Below are positions 58,012 through 64,000 of a stretch of 64,000 nt of DNA, piece by piece (position 1 is the stretch's first letter; each line of letters starts with the position of its first letter). The stretch is from Methyloceanibacter sp. GTDB taxonomy: Bacteria; Pseudomonadota; Alphaproteobacteria; Rhizobiales; Methyloligellaceae. A model generated the notes under the pieces. The model worked only from the letters and a program-made list of their open reading frames with translations, made no database searches and had not been told where the DNA came from. Where the stretch lies: NCBI GenBank assembly GCA_040901485.1, contig JBBDYM010000038.1:17491-81490 (forward strand). The letters run 5' to 3'. Position numbers and translations under genes: made by a program.

Positions 58012-59184
58012 ATGACCGCACCGACCGCCAATTGGAGCTACCCGACCGCCATCCGCTTCGGTGCCGGCCGCATCAAGGAGCTCGCCGAGGCCTGCCGCGC
58101 CGCCGGAATCGAGCGACCGCTGCTCGTCACCGACTCCGGACTCGCCAAGCTTGCCATCACCGGGCGGGCCATGAGCCTCCTGAAGGAGGGCGGATTGCCC
58201 GCGGCGATCTTCGCCGATGTCCAGCCGAACCCTGTGGACGCCAATGTCGAGGCAGGCATCGCGGTATTCCGCGCCGGCAAGCATGACGGAATCGTCGCCT
58301 TCGGCGGCGGCTCCGGCCTCGACACCGGCAAGGTGGTCGCCTTCATGGCGGGGCAGACGCGCCCGCTTTGGGATTTCGAGGATGTCGGCGATTGGTGGAC
58401 GCGCGCCGATGCCGACAAGATCGCACCGGTCGTCGCCGTGCCGACCACCGCTGGCACGGGATCGGAGGTCGGCCGCGCCGGTGTCATCACGCAGGAATCC
58501 ACCCAAACGAAGAAGGTGATCTTCCATCCCAAGATGATGCCCAAAGTGGTGATCTGCGATCCGGAGCTCACCGTCGGCATGCCGCCCGCCATCACCACGG
58601 GCACCGGCATGGATGCCCTGGCGCATTGCCTCGAAGCCTATTGCGCCCCGAGCTACCACCCGATTGCGGAAGGCATCGCTGTCGAGGGCATGCGCCTCGT
58701 GTTCGAGAATTTGCCCAGGGCCGTGTCCAACGGCAACGACCTCGAGGCCCGCGCGCATATGATGAGCGCTGCAGCCATGGGTGCGGCGTCCTTCCAGAAG
58801 GGGCTTGGCGCCATCCACGCGCTCTCCCACCCGGTCGGCGCGCTCTATCACACGCATCACGGCATGACCAACGGCGTGTTCATGCCCTATGTGCTCGTGT
58901 TCAACCGCCTGGCGATCGGGCCGAAGATCGAGCGGCTGGCAGGGTTTCTCGGGATCGGCGGAGGGTTCGACGGCTTCCTGAAAGCCGTGCTCGATCTGCG
59001 CAAGCAGACCGGCGTTCCCCACGATCTCGGCGGACTTAAAGTGGACGGCAGCAAGGCCGAGACCATCGCCGAAATGGCTGTGGTCGACCCGACCGCGGGC
59101 GGCAATCCGATACCCGTGACCAAGGAGGGGGCGCGGAAGCTGTTCGACGCCGCCCTCAAGGGCGACGTCGCCGCTGCTGCCTAG
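58012..59184 (+). CDS. Iron-containing alcohol dehydrogenase
   Basis: GGGSGLD, PTTAGTGSE, GMDALAH, HALSH and HHG. Confidence 0.95.
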   Translation: MTAPTANWSYPTAIRFGAGRIKELAEACRAAGIERPLLVTDSGLAKLAITGRAMSLLKEGGLPAAIFADVQPNPVDANVEAGIAVFRAGKHDGIVAFGGGSGLDTGKVVAFMAGQTRPLWDFEDVGDWWTRADADKIAPVVAVPTTAGTGSEVGRAGVITQESTQTKKVIFHPKMMPKVVICDPELTVGMPPAITTGTGMDALAHCLEAYCAPSYHPIAEGIAVEGMRLVFENLPRAVSNGNDLEARAHMMSAAAMGAASFQKGLGAIHALSHPVGALYHTHHGMTNGVFMPYVLVFNRLAIGPKIERLAGFLGIGGGFDGFLKAVLDLRKQTGVPHDLGGLKVDGSKAETIAEMAVVDPTAGGNPIPVTKEGARKLFDAALKGDVAAAA

Positions 59185-59189
59185 ACCCG

Positions 59190-62042
59190 CTACTCGGCCG
59201 CCTTCAAATACGTGTTGGTGGGCGGACAGGAGCAGACGAGGTTGCGGTCGCCGTAAACATTGTCGACGCGGTTCACCGGCGGCCAATATTTGTCGACGCG
59301 GAAGGCTCCTGCCGGATAGCAGGCGGCCTCGCGCGAATAGGGGCGGTCCCATTCGCCGACCAGATCCTCGACCGTATGCGGCGCGTTCTTGAGCGGGTTG
59401 TTGGTCCGGTCCATGCGGCCGTCCTCGATGGCGCGGGCCTCTTCGCGAATTCCGAGCATGGCGTCGCAGAAACGGTCGAGCTCGGCCTTGGTCTCCGACT
59501 CGGTCGGCTCGATCATCAAGGTGCCGGGCACCGGCCAGCTCATCGTCGGCGGGTGAAAGCCGCAATCGATCAGCCGCTTGGCGATGTCGTCGACGGTGAT
59601 GCCGGCGCGCTCGGCGAGCGGACGCGTGTCGACGATGCATTCATGGGCGACCCGGCCGCGCTTGCCCGCGTAGAGCACGTCGTAAGCGCCTTCCAGCCGC
59701 TTGGCGATATAGTTGGCGCTGAGGATGGCGACGCGTGTCGCCTGGGTGAGTCCTGCGCCGGCCATCATCAGGCAGTAGCTCCAAGAGATCGGCAGGATCG
59801 ACGGCGATCCGTAAGGCGCGGCCGAGACGGTGCGTTCGCCCCCGCCGGTCTCGGGGTGATCGGGGAGGAAGGGGATCAGATGCGCCTTCACTCCGATCGG
59901 CCCCATGCCCGGACCCCCGCCGCCATGCGGAATGCAGAAGGTCTTGTGCAGATTGAGGTGGCCGACATCGGCGCCGAGATCGCCCGGCCGCGCCAGGCCC
60001 ACCATCGCGTTCATATTGGCGCCATCGAGATAGACCTGGCCGCCATTGGCGTGGGTGATGTCGCAGATCTCGCGTACCGTCTCCTCGAACACACCGTGGG
60101 TCGAGGGATAGGTGATCATGGAGGTGGCGAGGTTGACGCCGTTTGCCTCCGCCTTGGCGCGGAAATCGTCAAGGTCGATATTGCCGCGCGCGTCGGTGGC
60201 CACGACCACCACCTTCATGCCGCACAGCCGCGCGGAAGCCGGATTGGTGCCGTGCGCGGAGGAGGGGATCAGACAAACATCTCGGTGACTTTCGCCGCGG
60301 CTCTTGTGATAGGCGCGGATGGTGAGCAGACCGGCATATTCGCCTTGCGCACCGGAGTTGGGCTGCATCGACATGGCGTCGTAGCCGGTAATGGCGCAGA
60401 GCTTGGCCGATAGATCCTCAATCAGTTCGCGATAGCCGAGCGCCTGGTCTTCCGGCGTGAAGGGATGGAGCTCGGCGAATTCCGGCCAGGTGATGGGGAG
60501 CATTTCGGCCGTCGCGTTCAGCTTCATTGTGCACGAGCCGAGCGGGATCATGGCCCGATCCAGCGCAAGGTCGCGGTCGGCGAGCCGGCGCATGTAGCGC
60601 GTCATCTCGCTCTCCGCCCGGTTCATGTGGAAGATCGGGTGGGTCAGATAGCCGGACTGGCGCAGCAACGAATCGGGCAGGCGATATTCGGGATGCTCGT
60701 CGCTGTAGACCAGGTCGTAGCCGCCAAAGGCGCGCCACACCGCTTCGAGCGTGGTCGGCCGCGTTCGCTCGTCGACGGTAATTCCGATGCGGTCGTGACC
60801 AACCTTCCGCAGATTGACGCCGTAATCGACCGCGTTCTTCATGATGAGGCCCTGATAGGGTCCGACCTCCACGGCGACGGTGTCGAAATAGGCATCCGGG
60901 GCGATCTTGAAGCCGAGCGAGGCAAGCCCCTCGGCAAGCCGCGCGGCCTTGCGGTGAACGCGCTCGGCGATGGCCTTCAATCCCTTCGGCCCGTGAAACA
61001 CCGCATACATCGAGGCGATCACGGCGGGGAGAACCTGCGCCGTACAGATATTCGAGGTAGCGCTTTCGCGGCGGATATGCTGCTCGCGGGTTTGCAGCGC
61101 TAGGCGATAGGCCCGGTTGCCGCGGGCATCGACCGAGACGCCGACGAGACGGCCGGGGAGCGAGCGCTTATAGGCGTCCCGCGTGGCAATATAGGCGGCG
61201 TGCGGGCCGCCATAGCCCATCGGCATGCCGAAGCGCTGCATCGAGCCGATGGCGATGTCGGCGTCCATCTCTCCCGGCGGCTTGAGCAAGGTCAGCGCCA
61301 GCGGGTCGGCGGCGACCACGGCGATAGCCTTTGCGGCGTGCAGCTTGGCGATCGGCGCCGAGAAATCGTGGAACTCTCCGCAGACGCCCGGATATTGGAA
61401 GATCGCGCCGAACACCGCCGCCGGATCGAGATCCTTGAACGGATCGCCGACCACAATCGACAAGCCGAGAGGCTCGGCGCGGGTCTTCAGCACGGCAATG
61501 GTCTGCGGCAGGCAGTCTTGGTCGACGAAGAACGCATTCGCTTTGGACTGTGTGACCCGATGCGCCATGGCCATGGCCTCGGCGGCGGCCGTCGCCTCGT
61601 CGAGCAGCGAGGCGTTGGCGATGTCTAGCCCGGTCAGGTCGGAGACCAGCGTCTGGAAATTGAGCAGCGCCTCGAGCCGGCCCTGGCTGATCTCCGGCTG
61701 ATAGGGCGTGTAGGCCGTGTACCAGGCCGGGTTCTCGAGAATGTTGCGCTGAATGGCGGGGGGCATGATGGTGCCGTGATAGCCCTGGCCGATGAGCGAG
61801 GTGAGGACGCGGTTCTTGTCCGCGGTCTCCCGCATCTTGTCGAGCGCGCCGCGCTCCGACAGCGCGCGGCCGAAGTCGAGCGGCGTCTTCTGGCGTATTT
61901 CCTCCGCCACCGTCTCGTCGATCAACTGATCGAGGCTCTCGACCCCCACGACGCGCAGCATCTCCGCCATCTCCTCGGGCGACGGCCCGATATGACGGCG
62001 ATTAGCGAAATCGTAAGGGTCGTATTTGCCGGCTGCGATCAT
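59190..62042 (-). CDS. gcvP: Glycine dehydrogenase (decarboxylating), P protein
   Basis: [41 protein letters not shown] and [18 protein letters not shown]. Confidence 0.98.
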   Translation of the reverse strand: MIAAGKYDPYDFANRRHIGPSPEEMAEMLRVVGVESLDQLIDETVAEEIRQKTPLDFGRALSERGALDKMRETADKNRVLTSLIGQGYHGTIMPPAIQRNILENPAWYTAYTPYQPEISQGRLEALLNFQTLVSDLTGLDIANASLLDEATAAAEAMAMAHRVTQSKANAFFVDQDCLPQTIAVLKTRAEPLGLSIVVGDPFKDLDPAAVFGAIFQYPGVCGEFHDFSAPIAKLHAAKAIAVVAADPLALTLLKPPGEMDADIAIGSMQRFGMPMGYGGPHAAYIATRDAYKRSLPGRLVGVSVDARGNRAYRLALQTREQHIRRESATSNICTAQVLPAVIASMYAVFHGPKGLKAIAERVHRKAARLAEGLASLGFKIAPDAYFDTVAVEVGPYQGLIMKNAVDYGVNLRKVGHDRIGITVDERTRPTTLEAVWRAFGGYDLVYSDEHPEYRLPDSLLRQSGYLTHPIFHMNRAESEMTRYMRRLADRDLALDRAMIPLGSCTMKLNATAEMLPITWPEFAELHPFTPEDQALGYRELIEDLSAKLCAITGYDAMSMQPNSGAQGEYAGLLTIRAYHKSRGESHRDVCLIPSSAHGTNPASARLCGMKVVVVATDARGNIDLDDFRAKAEANGVNLATSMITYPSTHGVFEETVREICDITHANGGQVYLDGANMNAMVGLARPGDLGADVGHLNLHKTFCIPHGGGGPGMGPIGVKAHLIPFLPDHPETGGGERTVSAAPYGSPSILPISWSYCLMMAGAGLTQATRVAILSANYIAKRLEGAYDVLYAGKRGRVAHECIVDTRPLAERAGITVDDIAKRLIDCGFHPPTMSWPVPGTLMIEPTESETKAELDRFCDAMLGIREEARAIEDGRMDRTNNPLKNAPHTVEDLVGEWDRPYSREAACYPAGAFRVDKYWPPVNRVDNVYGDRNLVCSCPPTNTYLKAAE

Positions 62043-62410
62043 GCGGAACTTTCGACCAGTGCCTGATAGGCGTCATCATCCATGAGCCCATCCATCGCCT
62101 TGATATCGTCAAGCCGCAGCTTGAAGAACCAGCCTTGGCCTTCCGGATCGGCATTGACCAGGGCGGGGTCGTTCACCACGGCTTTATTGACCTCGACCAC
62201 GTCGCCGTCGAGCGGCGCGTAGACGTCGGAGGCCGCTTTCACGGATTCGACCACTGCCGCGCCGTCGCCCTTGGCGAATTTGGCGCCGATTTCGGGCAAC
62301 TGAACGAAGACGACGTCGCCGAGCAGCTCCGCCGCGTGTTTGGTGATGCCGACCGTGGCGACGTCTCCATCGAGATCGAGCCACTCGTGCTCCTCGGTAT
62401 ATTTCAGCAT
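62039..62410 (-). CDS. gcvH: Glycine cleavage system H protein
   Basis: HEW, LGDVVFV, lipoyl motif VESVKAASD and GWFF. Confidence 0.97.
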   Translation of the reverse strand: MLKYTEEHEWLDLDGDVATVGITKHAAELLGDVVFVQLPEIGAKFAKGDGAAVVESVKAASDVYAPLDGDVVEVNKAVVNDPALVNADPEGQGWFFKLRLDDIKAMDGLMDDDAYQALVESSA

Positions 62411-62430
62411 ACATCCTCCAGGTCGAGAGC

Positions 62431-63585
62431 TTAGCCGCGTTTATATTTCGGCGCGATGAAAGGAAGTGCCCCAACGGCGGCAGGAAGGCGACTCCCGCGC
62501 AGCTCGGCAAAAATTCGCGTGCCGGGCTCGGCCAGCGCGGCCGGCAGATAACCCATCGCGATTGGCGCAGCGAGGCTCGGGCCAAATCCGCCCGACGTTA
62601 CCGCGCCGATAGCCGCGGTTCCGCCCTCTTCTGCGTAGAGCGGGGCGCCGGCGCGCACCGGCGCGCGGCCCTCGGGCTTGAGGCCGATGCGGCGGCGCGG
62701 CGCACCGCTTGCGAGCTGTTCGAGGATAATCTCGGCGCCGGGGAAGCCGCCCGCGCGCGCGCCGCCTTTGCGGCGGACTTTCTGCAAGGCCCAGGACAAG
62801 CCCGCTTCGACCGGGGTTGTACTCTCATCGATGTCCGCGCCGTAAAGACAGAGTCCGGCTTCCAAGCGGAGCGAGTCGCGCGCGCCAAGTCCAATCGGCG
62901 CCACCTTTTCATTGGCGAGCAATTCCTCCGCGATCTCGCGGGCCATGTCGGCGGGAATCGAGATCTCGAAGCCGTCCTCTCCCGTATAGCCCGATCGCGT
63001 GACGAGACATTCGGCACTCATGAGGGTCAGCCTGCGCGCCTCCATGAAACGCATGGCGATGCAGTCCGGTGCGACGCGCGCCAGCGTGGCTTCGGCCTGC
63101 GGCCCTTGCAGCGCGATCAGCGCGCGGTCAAGAACGTCGATCTCGCACGCGCCTCCGAACGCAGCACGGAGATGCGCTTCGTCGTCAGCCTTCCGAGACG
63201 CATTGACGACGAGCAACAGGCGATCGCCTAAATTCGCCACCGTCAGATCGTCGAGAATGCCGCCTTGCGCAGTGGTGAAGAAGGCGTAGCGCACGCGTCC
63301 TGGTTCGAGTCCGACGATGTCGACCGGAACCAGCGCCTCGAGCGCCAGCGCCGCGTCCCGAACGTCGCCAGATTTCGCCCGCAGGACGATCTGCCCCATA
63401 TGCGAGACATCGAACAGGCCGGCCGCTTCGCGCGTATGCAGATGCTCCTTGAGGACGCCGGGCTGGTACTGCACCGGCATCTCGTAGCCGGCGAACGGTA
63501 CCATCCGGGCGCCTAGCTCAACGTGCAGAGCAAAGAGCGGCGTCCGCCTCAGCACTTCGATCGGTGTGGTAGTGTCGACGCTCAT
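62431..63585 (-). CDS. gcvT: Glycine cleavage system aminomethyltransferase T
   Basis: [28 protein letters not shown] and [11 protein letters not shown]. Confidence 0.97.
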   Translation of the reverse strand: MSVDTTTPIEVLRRTPLFALHVELGARMVPFAGYEMPVQYQPGVLKEHLHTREAAGLFDVSHMGQIVLRAKSGDVRDAALALEALVPVDIVGLEPGRVRYAFFTTAQGGILDDLTVANLGDRLLLVVNASRKADDEAHLRAAFGGACEIDVLDRALIALQGPQAEATLARVAPDCIAMRFMEARRLTLMSAECLVTRSGYTGEDGFEISIPADMAREIAEELLANEKVAPIGLGARDSLRLEAGLCLYGADIDESTTPVEAGLSWALQKVRRKGGARAGGFPGAEIILEQLASGAPRRRIGLKPEGRAPVRAGAPLYAEEGGTAAIGAVTSGGFGPSLAAPIAMGYLPAALAEPGTRIFAELRGSRLPAAVGALPFIAPKYKRG

Positions 63586-63633
63586 GCAGGGTTCGCTTCA
63601 AGCTCTGCATCTATCCCCACGCCGCACTTTACC

Positions 63634-64000
63634 CTAAGGCGCCACCGGAGGGATGGTGATCTTGGCCGCAGGGCAGAGCCGCTTCTGGTCCTCGTTGACG
63701 CCGCATGCCCGGGGAAAAAGATCGCGGCCGAAGCAGATCCGGATATCGAGCAGACTTTGGCGGCGGCAGCTCACCGCAATCATCTCAGGCTTGAGCCAAG
63801 GATTGGCACCGAGGAACTCGCTTTCGATTCCTTCAGGGGAATCAAGATAATCGGCGTCGGCGCCGAGCAATTGCGGTGGAACGTTCACCCGCTCATAAAG
63901 CTCGCGCGCTAAGCCGAAATATTGGGCAGGATCGAGGCCCGAGCACGTCCCGTGGGTGCGGTACTCGTGGATGATCAGGCCCTTGCTCGGCATGATGTCG
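63634..64000 (-). CDS. Ribonuclease T2 family protein, C-terminal part (starts beyond the window end)
   Basis: DIMPSKGLIIHEYRTHGTCSG matches the RNase T2 CAS II motif; downstream Cys pattern and DIRIC. Confidence 0.85.
   Translation of the reverse strand, partial: DIMPSKGLIIHEYRTHGTCSGLDPAQYFGLARELYERVNVPPQLLGADADYLDSPEGIESEFLGANPWLKPEMIAVSCRRQSLLDIRICFGRDLFPRACGVNEDQKRLCPAAKITIPPVAP

Overview
GC-rich alphaproteobacterial chromosome segment. Gene content and repeat style suggest Hyphomicrobiales, possibly a Methyloceanibacter/Hyphomicrobium-like methylamine user; this is inference only. The core backbone comprises hemF (partial), petABC, mtnP-apt-mtnA, ychF-pth-rplY, prs, pgeF-MidA-like-lgt, ubiK-like, ybjN-like-proC, a MarR/OmpR/EnvZ-like triad opposite ilvE, uvrC-pgsA-moaDE, gcvTHP and a partial RNase T2 gene. 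Accessory blocks: (i) a processive GT2 glycosyltransferase broken by one in-frame TAG plus an NDP-sugar epimerase, inserted between mtnA and a fused class II aldolase/SDR that may complete a DHAP-shunt type MTA/5'-deoxyadenosine salvage route; (ii) an insertion hotspot at the ilvE 3' end with a 41-bp degenerate duplication, a truncated deaminase toxin tip and an Imm1-like immunity gene; (iii) tdm and tmm (trimethylamine/TMAO catabolism) beside a Liv-type ABC transporter split into two convergent halves around a TPR-like gene, a candidate uncharacterised methylamine uptake system; (iv) a TRAP plus gamma-glutamylation amine (probably ethanolamine) catabolic operon converging on glycine cleavage genes. 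No rRNA, tRNA, CRISPR array, integrase or transposase was seen. All calls come from motif recognition by eye, without database searches.
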